Under the pieces are notes generated by a model that saw only the letters and a list, made by a program, of their open reading frames with translations, was not told the DNA's origin and made no database searches. Shown piece by piece: positions 1 to 10,559 of a DNA stretch of 64,000 bases; position 1 is the first letter of the stretch; every line of letters starts with the position of its first letter. The stretch is from assembly GCF_001194135.2 (NCBI RefSeq), contig NC_068984.1, forward strand, positions 91,945,882 to 92,009,881, written 5' to 3'. The translations under genes and the position numbers were made by a program. Source of the DNA: Octopus bimaculoides. Taxonomy: Eukaryota.

Positions 1-55
1 TTACGTTGATCGGATCAACTGGAAACCTCGTCGTCGTAACCGATGGCGTATCAGT
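1..55 (+). mobile_element. 3' tail of a SINE-like repeat, same family as 44840-45092
   Basis: gatcggatcaactggaaacctcgtcgtcgtaaccgatgg matches gatccgatcaactggaaccctggtcttcgtaaccgacgg at about 45048-45087. Confidence 0.75.
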
Positions 56-510
56 TTTTCTTTCCACCCCAGGATACTCTGTTCTAACAGAATATTTACG
101 TTTAAGTGGGGATAAATATTACCTCTCGGTATTAATACTGCCTCTGTCGCTATAAGAGTTTGGAGTACTGATATATCTTCTATAAGAGTTATGAGCACAG
201 ATAGTACCTTCATTATCATAAGCAACTCGGGCGCACTCGGTAACCATCTTACACAAAAGCATGTTTGTATATATACATTTATAAGTGTGCGCGTGTGGTG
301 TTTTCAGTTTGAGTGTGAGTGTGTGCGAATGTATACTTGTTTGTCAGTTTGTATGTATGTATGTATGTATGTATGTATGTATGTATGTATGCATGCATGT
401 AAGCTTTTCATTGGGGTATGTTCTCATAATTCAAGTTAGTCATAATATAGAGACAAGGGTTCTTTGTCCGAATCAAAATTGTTCGAGAGATGTGAAGATG
501 TGGATGTATG

Positions 511-571
<61 letters not shown>

Positions 572-1171
572 NNNNNNNNNNNNNNNNNNNNNNNNNNNNN
601 NNNNNNNNNNNNNNNNNNNNNNNNNNNNNNNNNNNNNNNNNNNNNNNNNNNNNNNNNNNNNNNNNNNNNNNNNNNNNNNNNNNNNNNNNNNNNNNNNNNN
701 NNNNNNNNNNNNNNNNNNNNNNNNNNNNNNNNNNNNNNNNNNNNNNNNNNNNNNNNNNNNNNNNNNNNNNNNNNNNNNNNNNNNNNNNNNNNNNNNNNNN
801 NNNNATACATACATACATACACACACATACAAACGGGGAGAGAATTGCAAGTAACTTGTATACATACAAAGGCGTGCAACATTTTGTAACATATGAGCGT
901 ATGTGTGATTATGCGTGCGTGTGCATACAATATATATGCATGAGATTATATGTAAATATTCATTCTAGGAATGTCAAATGACGAAGTTTGGAATGCTTCA
1001 AAATTCCTCACCCTACCACTACTCGGGTGGATTTAGTGAATGCTAGACAATATATTTATTCTTTCTTGTTTGTTTAATGTAAATCTGTTGTTAGATAGCC
1101 CTATGCAACAATCATCATAGGTACAACTGAGAATCCATAGCCAGTATATCCCGTATTATATGACCATAGGT

Positions 1172-1228
1172 GTCTTTCTTTCTGTCTTTCTTTCTGTCTT
1201 TCTTTCTCTCTTTTTCTCTTTCCTTCTC

Positions 1229-1272
<44 letters not shown>

Positions 1273-1392
1273 TCACTCATTCATTCTTTCTTTCTTTCTT
1301 TCTTTCTTTCACTCATTCATTCTTTCTTTCTTTCTTTCTTTCTCTCTTTCTTTCTTTCTTTCTTTCTTTCTCTCTTTCTTTCTTTCTTTCCT

Positions 1393-1432
<40 letters not shown>

Positions 1433-1500
1433 TTTTCATTCATTCATTGTTTCCTTCTTTCTTTCTTTCCTTCTTTCCTTCTTTGTTTGTTTGTTTGTTT
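1172..1500. repeat. Compound (CTTT)n/(GTTT)n microsatellite
   Basis: Direct inspection; it produces the FLS-repeat ORFs. Confidence 0.95.
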
Positions 1501-1527
1501 CTGCTTCTTCCTTTGATGGCAGTAATA

Positions 1528-1570
<43 letters not shown>

Positions 1571-1571
<1 letters not shown>

Positions 1572-2015
1572 TGAGGGCTGTCTTTATTGACATGTTTTTT
1601 CCAGTATCTCTTACTTTTAATGTTGTGGATACATTCTTGCTGTGGTGTGCCGTTTTGTATCATTGTTAGGACAACCATTGTTGACGATCTTTGCTGTACG
1701 TATGTCTCTTCTGTATTTAATCATTTAAATTCTTCCGCCAAAGAAGGTGCTGATTTCTAACAAAGATGCAAAACTCCATTGTTGGAATGCAGATAATGAA
1801 AACAACGGTACATTTTAGACCTGAAAAAGTCTTGCGTAGTTTTACTGTTTTGCTTACAGTTTGTATTTGTAATGCGCAAATCAGTTGGTTGATTTCTTTT
1901 TCTGAAAATCCAAGCTTCACTTACAAAATCAAGTGCTCCCATTACTATTAGCATAGATGTAAATTTGTAATCTGGGTATAGAAGCTGGAGGTTTCGAAGC
2001 AGTTGTCCATAATTA
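1571..2015 (-). mobile_element. 5'-truncated 3' end of an R4/Dong-like RLE non-LTR retrotransposon
   Basis: Minus strand gives NYGQLLRNLQLLYPDYKFTSMLIVMGALD and KLGFSEKEINQLICALQIQTVSKTVKLRKTF, homologous to the C-terminus at 19733-20000; bounded by (ATGT)n and (TG)n. Confidence 0.85.
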
Positions 2016-2199
2016 TGCATGTATGTATGTATGTATGTATGTATGTATGTATGTATGTATGTATGCATGCATGCATGTATGCATGTATGTTTGTGTATAT
2101 GTATGCATGAAAGTATGTATTTACCACTCTGTTTCTCTATCTCTCTTTCGTTATGTATATAAATATGTATAATTATAAATATGTATATGCGTGTTTGTA

Positions 2200-3149
2200 T
2201 CAGGTCATCCCATAAACAATGTCCAAAATATATATGTAATTTCTATCAAATTTTTACAGTATTCTATATATAATGTCGAATGGTATTGATTGATGCTCAT
2301 ATAAATTTGGAAACATTTAACGTTACATAATTTCTTTAAAGAAGTTGCAGCAGATGGTTTGCAAAGTTGCCCTCTTCAACAGCCTGGAACGTTGCCCAAA
2401 CTCGGAAAATGGGCTCTCCTTGATTTGACAGAAGCCAACTGAAAATCACGAGTGGATATCTGTTCATCTCTTCACTCTCGTAAACGTATCTCTCCATTTT
2501 TGGACAGATTAGTGACTGGTGATGAAAAATGGATTTTTTATGAAGATGTCAAGTGATGTGGAGAACAGGTTAAACCACAACCCAAAAAGACTTCCATGTA
2601 AAAAAGGAGGTTCATTCTGTTTGTGGGGAATTGTATTAGAGTCATCCACTTTGAGCTGCTACCAACTAATGTAACAATTACTGCTCACACCTATTATCAA
2701 CAACTGGAATATTTGGATGCTGCTTTGAAGAAAAAAGACCTGCTTCGGCGGATCATAAGGGAGTGGTGTTTCATCATAATGATACAAGGCACCACACTGC
2801 AAAGACTGCATCAGTAAAAAATCGAAGAACTTGGCTAGGAAAAAATCCCTCCTCCGCTTTATTCTCCGAACTTCGTTCCTTCTGACTATCATTTGTTTTG
2901 AAGCTCACAGAATCATTTAAGTGGTTTAGTACTCAAAAGCCCCAAAGAAATCGAAACTGATTTCTCTTCCCTCTTCTCATCAAAACCAAAAGAGTTTTCA
3001 CCAGTGGAATTAAAAACCTGATGAGTAGACGGAAAGAAGTCCTCGAAAATGATGGAAATTATATACAGGATTAAATTTCGATAAAATGTAAAATTAGATC
3101 AGTTTTTTTTCTTACTCAAAATTCGGATGTTGCTTATGGGATGACTTGA
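2200..3149 (+). mobile_element. Degenerate, internally deleted mariner (DD34D-type) transposon
   Basis: TIRs tcaggtcatcccataa (2200) and ttatgggatgacttga (ending 3149), TA on both sides; remnants DRLVTGDEKWIFYED, HFELLP, FHHNDTRHHTAKT and YSPNFVPSDYHLF. Confidence 0.92.
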
Positions 3150-3189
3150 TATATATAGATATGTGTGCGCGTACATATATCTTTTAGCT

Positions 3190-3322
3190 ATTAGTTTTTC
3201 AGCCATTGGAATGCGGCCATGCTAAAACACCGCCATGAAGTATTAAGCCGAACAAGTCGACCTCAGAACTTATTTTATTGAAGCATGGTACTTATTTCAT
3301 CGGTCTCTTTTCCGAACAGCTA
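3190..3322 (-). mobile_element. SINE fragment, same family as 13950-14100; truncated by a gap
   Basis: Reverse complement shares the aaagagaccgat...aataagtacc...agcatggccgcattccaatggctgaaa pattern with the 13950-14100 copy. Confidence 0.7.
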
Positions 3323-4385
3323 NNNNNNNNNNNNNNNNNNNNNNNNNNNNNNNNNNNNNNNNNNNNNNNNNNNNNNNNNNNNNNNNNNNNNNNNNNNNNN
3401 NNNNNNNNNNNNNNNNNNNNNNNNNNNNNNNNNNNNNNNNNNNNNNNNNNNNNNNNNNNNNNNNNNNNNNNNNNNNNNNNNNNNNNNNNNNNNNNNNNNN
3501 NNNNNNNNNNNNNNNNNNNNNNNNNNNNNNNNNNNNNNNNNNNNNNNNNNNNNNNNNNNNNNNNNNNNNNNNNNNNNNNNNNNNNNNNNNNNNNNNNNNN
3601 NNNNNNNNNNNNNNNNNNNNNNNNNNNNNNNNNNNNNNNNNNNNNNNNNNNNNNNNNNNNNNNNNNNNNNNNNNNNNNNNNNNNNNNNNNNNNNNNNNNN
3701 NNNNNNNNNNNNNNNNNNNNNNNNNNNNNNNNNNNNNNNNNNNNNNNNNNNNNNNNNNNNNNNNNNNNNNNNNNNNNNNNNNNNNNNNNNNNNNNNNNNN
3801 NNNNNNNNNNNNNNNNNNNNNNNNNNNNNNNNNNNNNNNNNNNNNNNNNNNNNNNNNNNNNNNNNNNNNNNNNNNNNNNNNNNNNNNNNNNNNNNNNNNN
3901 NNNNNNNNNNNNNNNNNNNNNNNNNNNNNNNNNNNNNNNNNNNNNNNNNNNNNNNNNNNNNNNNNNNNNNNNNNNNNNNNNNNNNNNNNNNNNNNNNNNN
4001 NNNNNNNNNNNNNNNNNNNNNNNNNNNNNNNNNNNNNNNNNNNNNNNNNNNNNNNNNNNNNNNNNNNNNNNNNNNNNNNNNNNNNNNNNNNNNNNNNNNN
4101 NNNNNNNNNNNNNNNNNNNNNNNNNNNNNNNNNNNNNNNNNNNNNNNNNNNNNNNNNNNNNNNNNNNNNNNNNNNNNNNNNNNNNNNNNNNNNNNNNNNN
4201 NNNNNNNNNNNNNNNNNNNNNNNNNNNNNNNNNNNNNNNNNNNNNNNNNNNNNNNNNNNAGAGAAAAAAATTGTAGTTTAGAATCAGTAGTTCTTTGACT
4301 GCTATTTCTAAATTCTCAGTATGTTGGAGAAGCAACTCATGCTAATCCCTGTATTTTATGAGTATATATATATATATATATATAT

Positions 4386-4590
4386 ATGTAAATAATTAGA
4401 AAATGGAGAAAAACATAGATTAACCAGCACATCGATTGGACCCCATTTTAAAGCTTCTTTATTGATACAATGCAAGACATAACAAAGCTCTGCACACCAT
4501 TGCCCGGGGTTAACACAGATAACGGATACTGATAGTATATACGGATATTTTATCCCTTAGTCGGTTACTACAACTGTTAACTCTACTTAC
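4386..4590. repeat. Dispersed non-coding repeat, probably a Penelope-like pLTR fragment with an inverted segment
   Basis: 4386-4456 is the reverse complement of 17210-17283, while 4497-4590 is a direct match to about 17350-17443 and 16860-16955. Confidence 0.6.
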
Positions 4591-4604
4591 ACACACACAC
4601 ACAC

Positions 4605-4777
4605 ACACATTTATGGAGGGTCTCTGTTCGGTTTCTGTGTATCAATTCTACACACAAGGCTTTGGTTGGCCTGGGACTACAACAGAAGACACTTGCTCAA
4701 GGTGCCACGCAGTGGACTGAACTTGGAACTATATGATTGGGAAGCAAGCTTCTTGCTGCATAGCCATGACTGCGCCT
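4605..4777 (-). mobile_element. tRNA-derived SINE with a CORE-like segment
   Basis: Reverse complement aggcgcagtcatggctatgcagcaagaagcttgcttccc...agttcagtccactgcgtggcaccttgagcaagtgtc has A/B-box-like motifs; homologous to 35471-35632 and 24704-24760. Confidence 0.85.
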
Positions 4778-4788
4778 AAAATATGAGC

Positions 4789-4856
4789 CTCCCGGGTGGG
4801 GAGTCACACTCCAGTATCCTGCGTGACAGTCAGGGATACTTACCACTACGCTACCA

Positions 4857-4858
<2 letters not shown>
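4789..4858 (-). pseudogene. tRNA-Asp(GTC)-like pseudogene or tRNA-derived head
   Basis: Minus strand TAGCGTAGTGGTAAGTATCCCTGACTGTCACGCAGGATACTGGAGTGTGACTCCCCACCCGGGAG resembles the eukaryotic tRNA-Asp consensus; anticodon loop CTGTCAC (GTC at 4825-4827); T-loop and acceptor stem degenerate. Confidence 0.75.
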
Positions 4859-4904
<46 letters not shown>

Positions 4905-5648
4905 TTCTTCATAGAATCAGGTACTTAAAAGAATATGCACCAGGTAGGGTTGGATAAAACTGTGGTCACACAGAGAAAACCACCCGTACGGGTGTTAAGC
5001 GCCTAGGGTAGCAAAGCCGTATTCCAGCAGCAGATACGGGTGCAAACTGTGCAGCATGGAGCGGCATGAAATATTAAAGCAACTCAATAGTGGAAAATCT
5101 AATCAATAATAAACTGAACCTTCCTCTTTCGTGTATCTACAAGCTATCCCGTACTTTCAAATCCTTTAAGGACATTACATAGTCTCTATTCTAGGTCTTA
5201 GCCCGCGGCAAAACAACCTCAGTCCCACCACCTGTCTCTTATTGATCTACTTAATCGTCTGAGTTATCTTTTCCTTTTTTCTTTCTTTTTTTTTCTTTTT
5301 TCTATACATCCTATCACTTTTAACTTTTAAAACTTGTTAACATTACTTGAATAGTATGTGATTTAGAATGGTATGCGATATTGAAGGAACTATTCTTCTA
5401 TATAGTTTTACCTAGTATTACGCATTTGCGATTTACTGTATCTAACCCATAAAACAGCAGCTCACACGCCTTAGCAAGTCTCTTCCCTATTCGACTAAAT
5501 AAGTAATCCTCATACCAAGTAACTGTTATTTGTGTGGCACACGATAATGAAGGTACATATCCAAACTACTTACCCATGACTATCGGTCATAATTCATTAT
5601 TTGGCATTTTCTCAGCACAATTATTAGCAAATAAAACAGGTATTGTGT

Positions 5649-5689
<41 letters not shown>

Positions 5690-5898
5690 NNNNNNNNNNN
5701 NNNNNNNNNNNNNNNNNNNNNNNNNNNNNNNNNNNNNNNNNNNNNNNNNNNNNNNNNNNNNNNNNNNNNNNNNNNNNNNNNNNNNNNNNACGCACACGCG
5801 GGCACACGTACACACACTCACGCACACGCACACACATATTTATAAGAGAATAAAACATGAACAGGAAGTCTTTGATAGCATATTTATACAAAAGTGAG

Positions 5899-6180
5899 AG
5901 AGCAAAAATATATATCAATATAGAAGAAAACCAAGGAAATCCGGAGTGCGAAAGGTTATAGTAATTCGGCATAGACATGTACAAATCAAGTAAAATCATC
6001 CAATAATGTTATTGATAATATAGAAGTGAACTCGAAGGACTTTCCGAATTCTCTTGTATCTCATTAACGACATTTTGTATGATGTTCTTGGATTTGTACC
6101 CATCTAGCCTGAATCACTATAGACTCTCACTCCACCGGATTTTCCTGATTTCCTGTTGTATGTATATATATTTTGCTTTC
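5899..6180. repeat. Degenerate long inverted repeat (foldback), arms about 110-120 bp
   Basis: agcaaaaatatatat...ggaaatccgg...tatagtaattc...gtacaaatc pairs with gatttgtac...gaatcactata...ccggattttcc...atatatattttgct. Confidence 0.75.
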
Positions 6181-6437
6181 TGATGTCTTGCATCTTATAA
6201 ACGACATTTTCAAGTCTTGCAACTGCCTGTTAATTTTTTATTCTATCAACATCAACTCGGTCGCTACATTGCCTATAGACAATATTCATTTTTACGGATC
6301 CTCTATCCCTGCGTTTAACGTCGGAGTGTAATTATTTGGTAGGGTCTTCTTTGGCATTTTTCACCTATTACTTATATATATCTACTACAAAAATGAGAAT
6401 TTATGTGGTTATGGATGTGAGTCTAAAGATTTAACCA

Positions 6438-6513
<76 letters not shown>

Positions 6514-6516
<3 letters not shown>

Positions 6517-7768
6517 TAGTTTTATTTTTATAACGTGCTTTCACTTCACTACCGAGCGCAGCTCTGTGCGCCTTGGGTATGTGCTGTGGTTTGCTGTGGT
6601 GCTCTTATGTTTACTGTATTGAAAGTGTTTTGCGTAGAATGTGTGCAGTACCCAGTAGTGCAATTTTCTGTATGTTATATATATTTGTAAGTCCTGGTGT
6701 TTTTGTTATGTATTTGTCTGAATATTTTTTTATTATACCTAAGGCACCTACNNNNNNNNNNNNNNNNNNNNNNNNNNNNNNNNNNNNNNNNNNNNNNNNN
6801 NNNNNNNNNNNNNNNNNNNNNNNNNNNNNNNNNNNNNNNNNNNNNNNNNNNNNNNNNNNNNNNNNNNNNNNNNNNNNNNNNNNNNNNNNNNNNNNNNNNN
6901 NNNNNNNNNNNNNNNNNNNNNNNNNNNNNNNNNNNNNNNNNNNNNNNNNNNNNNNNNNNNNNNNNNNNNNNNNNNNNNNNNNNNNNNNNNNNNNNNNNNN
7001 NNNNNNNNNNNNNNNNNNNNNNNNNNNNNNNNNNNNNNNNNNNNNNNNNNNNNNNNNNNNNNNNNNNNNNNNNNNNNNNNNNNNNNNNNNNNNNNNNNNN
7101 NNNNNNNNNNNNNNNNNNNNNNNNNNNNNNNNNNNNNNNNNNNNNNNNNNNNNNNNNNNNNNNNNNNNNNNNNNNNNNNNNNNNNNNNNNNNNNNNNNNN
7201 NNNNNNNNNNNNNNNNNNNNNNNNNNNNNNNNNNNNNNNNNNNNNNNNNNNNNNNNNNNNNNNNNNNNNNNNNNNNNNNNNNNNNNNNNNNNNNNNNNNN
7301 NNNNNNNNNNNNNNNNNNNNNNNNNNNNNNNNNNNNNNNNNNNNNNNNNNNNNNNNNNNNNNNNNNNNNNNNNNNNNNNNNNNNNNNNNNNNNNNNNNNN
7401 NNNNNNNNNNNNNNNNNNNNNNNNNNNNNNNNNNNNNNNNNNNNNNNNNNNNNNNNNNNNNNNNNNNNNNNNNNNNNNNNNNNNNNNNNNNNNNNNNNNN
7501 NNNNNNNNTGTTGTTTCTTCTTCTTCTTCTTCGTATTTGTTAGGTAGATTGATTTCTTGTTTGTATTTGTCAGCTTCCTTAAATACTGAAAACAGTTTTT
7601 TGTTTTGCTCGTGTTTTGTGGCTATTTGTATTAGTTTCCCTTGCTTCTGGAGTAGGTATTTTTGCAGTCCTATGGTGGTTATTTTATAATAGTTTTCTAG
7701 CTGTATAAGACCCCTGCCACCTTCTGTGCGTTGTATATATAGCCTTTCTATGTCTTTCTATGCCTTTC

Positions 7769-7770
<2 letters not shown>
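6514..7770 (-). mobile_element. 5'-truncated R4/Dong-like LINE with (TAA)n on both sides; middle lies in a gap
   Basis: 5' part IERLYIQRTEGGRGLIQLENYYK; 3' part VGALGIIKKYSDKYITKTPGLTNIYNIQKIALLGTAHILRKTLSIQ* followed by a 3' UTR; (ATT)n at 6437-6513 and 7769-7823. Confidence 0.88.
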
Positions 7771-7823
<53 letters not shown>

Positions 7824-9805
7824 TATGGTTTCCTTTCATTATAACTTTATTTCAGCTGCTTAGTACCAGGCATCCTCCAGAGGCCAAAAGTAGCAAGGGC
7901 ACTTTTGTTTTACTATGCATGCTAAAATTATCACTACATTTATTCCATTTCAGATGGAGAGCGCTTTCCGTAGTATATGGGATGTACCCATCAAGGTTAT
8001 CTTTTGTAGTTCACCGAGATTAGAGTTACCAGGGAATTGCTTAATATACTTCTCAGTTCACTTCTTTATCATTCTCAGCGCATCAATTACTACTGGTATT
8101 ATCGTAGTACTAAGCTTCCACATTTTTGTGATTTCAATTTGCATATCTTTGTAGTGAGAAAGCTTTTCGTATTCCTTTCTTGAGACATTTTGATCTTGTG
8201 GGACAGACATATCTATTCACTGGTTAGTTCCTCTGTTATAGTCCTTGATCACAATATCTGATCGACTGAAGTCAATTTTTCTGTCTGTTTGTATTGAGAA
8301 GTTCCAAAGGACGGTGACGCCCTCGCTATTTATTACATCCTCTGGGGTTTAATTATGTAGTATTTACAAGCATTCCAGTGGATGTACTGCCATAGTCTGT
8401 TATGTCTTATGAAGTACTACTTTTCAGCGAAGACTGGGCAGCCAGAAACATGATCAATTGTCTGTGTAAATTTTCCGCAAATTCTGTACGAGGGATCAGA
8501 TCCATCTTTAAGGACGTTTGCATGGAAGTTTCTGGTAGGTAAGCTCTGATCTTGCGCTGCAATAACAAAACCTTCAGCTTCCCCTTTCAGACCTGTCCCT
8601 TGTAGCCATTGGTGTGTTAAATTTTGATCAATATCCGGATTGGACAGGAAGTTCGGATATTTTCCATGCAGGAGTTTGCCTTTCCAGTTGTCTTCGATAT
8701 TATTCATGCAAGCCTTCTTTGCTTTTTGTTTGATGTTTTTTTGCATCAATGATAGGTTTGTCACTATTTGGATCTCGTTGGCCTTTCTGATCGTAATATC
8801 TAAATCAGGAGAAGCAACGGTATGTCTGTCAGTATTTGGGTGTCTTTGATCATTCTTATTGTTAACTTGTAGGCCAAGAAACTTTTTAAATTTCTTACTA
8901 AGCTTCATGACTGAAGCTTGTTTGGAATCTTCATGCTTCAGTGCAGTTCGTAAGAGCACATCACGTTTCAAGGTCTATTATTGCTGATTTGAAGGATTGT
9001 TCGAGCTGTATCAGGCCTCTTTCAACTATTTTTCGTGTGAGATAAATCCTGTGTACATCTGATTTTGGATGGTGCATTTTACGGACCTTTCTATCCATAC
9101 CCTGCATGTCAGTGAGACTCCACTTAATGATACTGAGGCTATATGTGGTTACTGGTTTGGCCAAAAAATTGATCGCATTAATTCTGTTAGCAGCATTTAA
9201 TTCTGAATTTAGGCCCATTCCTACCCTTGGGGATTTTCTCATTCTAGAGTGCTGGATACCGCCACCTTCATTGGTTCCCAGATATTTGTATACTTCAGAC
9301 TGGTCTAGGTTTCGAATAGCTGTGGTAGTATCAAGATCTATGTTTTCTACCCTAATGAACTTCCCTGCCTTGAAAGTAGTCTTTGCACATTTATCATGTC
9401 CGAATTCCATACCTATATCAGAGCTGAATTCTTTGACGATATTCAGGAGCTCTTCTAATTCTTTGTTGTTTTTGGCAAACAGTTTTAGATCATCCATATA
9501 GAGTAGATGATTAATTTTCTGGTTAAAGATCTTATACCCTCTCTAAGCATTATTCAGTTGCATAGATAAGGGGATCAGAGCGAGGCAGCATAGTAATGGT
9601 GATAATGAGTCACCTTGAAAATACCACAGGCGATATTGATGTCTAGTGAGGTGGTATATCTTTGTGTATGGCTTAAAATGAGGGTGGTTCTCCACGAATT
9701 TATGATTACTTTTAAAAAGTTCACAATTGTTGGAGCTATCTTGTAAATTTCCAGGACTTTGATGATCCATGCATAGGGGACACTGTCAAAAGCCTTCTTC
9801 TAATC
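7824..9805 (-). mobile_element. R4/Dong-like LINE remnant: RT, CCHC zinc finger and restriction-like endonuclease
   Basis: KKAFDSVP, QGDSLSPLL, YMDDLKLFAK..FSSDIGMEFGHDKCAK, YKYLG, LHGKY, AAQDQSL, RICGKFTQTIDHVSGC, QTDRKIDFSRSDIVIKD, MGTSHILRKALSI; frameshifts and stops present. Confidence 0.93.
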
Positions 9806-10090
9806 TATCCAAACGTGAATTATCCAAACACCAAAGAATTCCGCTCAACGTATGGCTATGATGCTCCCCCACTACTTGTGCTCGTGATCAGAGATGCACA
9901 TATCGGCAGCGACTCATAGACATACTCAACTGGTTAAGGTTAAGCAACTGACAAACAAATCTGTGGTATTGAGAAGAATATTTGCTGTAGCCCATCTTTT
10001 ATACCAAGACAAAACAATGTACATAATAACACTTCCAATCAATTAAGGTCAAAAGCCACGAGAGCCATTGCCTGGCACTGCGTTAGGGCA
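9806..10090 (-). mobile_element. 5' half of a non-coding (TAA)n-flanked retroposon, fused to the Dong RT
   Basis: Its last approx. 50 nt (agccatacgttgagcggaattctttggtgtttggataattcacgtttgga) match the start of 40964-41250; (ATT)n lies at 10092-10303. Confidence 0.65.
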
Positions 10091-10164
<74 letters not shown>

Positions 10165-10186
10165 TATTATTATAATTATTATTATA

Positions 10187-10245
<59 letters not shown>

Positions 10246-10252
10246 AATTATC

Positions 10253-10296
<44 letters not shown>

Positions 10297-10559
10297 AATT
10301 ATTNNNNNNNNNNNNNNNNNNNNNNNNNNNNNNNNNNNNNNNNNNNNNNNNNNNNNNNNNNNNNNNNNNNNNNNNNNNNNNNNNNNNNNNNNNNNNNNNN
10401 NNNNNNNNNNNNNNNNNNNNNNNNNNNNNNNNNNNNNNNNNNNNNNNNNNNNNNNNNNNNNNNNNNNNNNNNNNNNNNNNNNNNNNNNNNNNNNNNNNNN
10501 NNNNNNNNNNNNNNNNNNNNNNNNNNNNNNNNNGTGGTACAAACCTTTTTTGTTTTCAA

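Noticed and set aside
58-250. Possible further copy of the pLTR-like module; tataagagtt occurs twice
   Set aside because: Similarity to 4497-4590 and 17350-17443 is too weak to support by eye.
285-981. Long ORFs of 140-190 aa, and similar ORFs spanning the other N gaps
   Set aside because: They consist of microsatellite translations (SLSL, YVCM, IYIY) and runs of X from N gaps.
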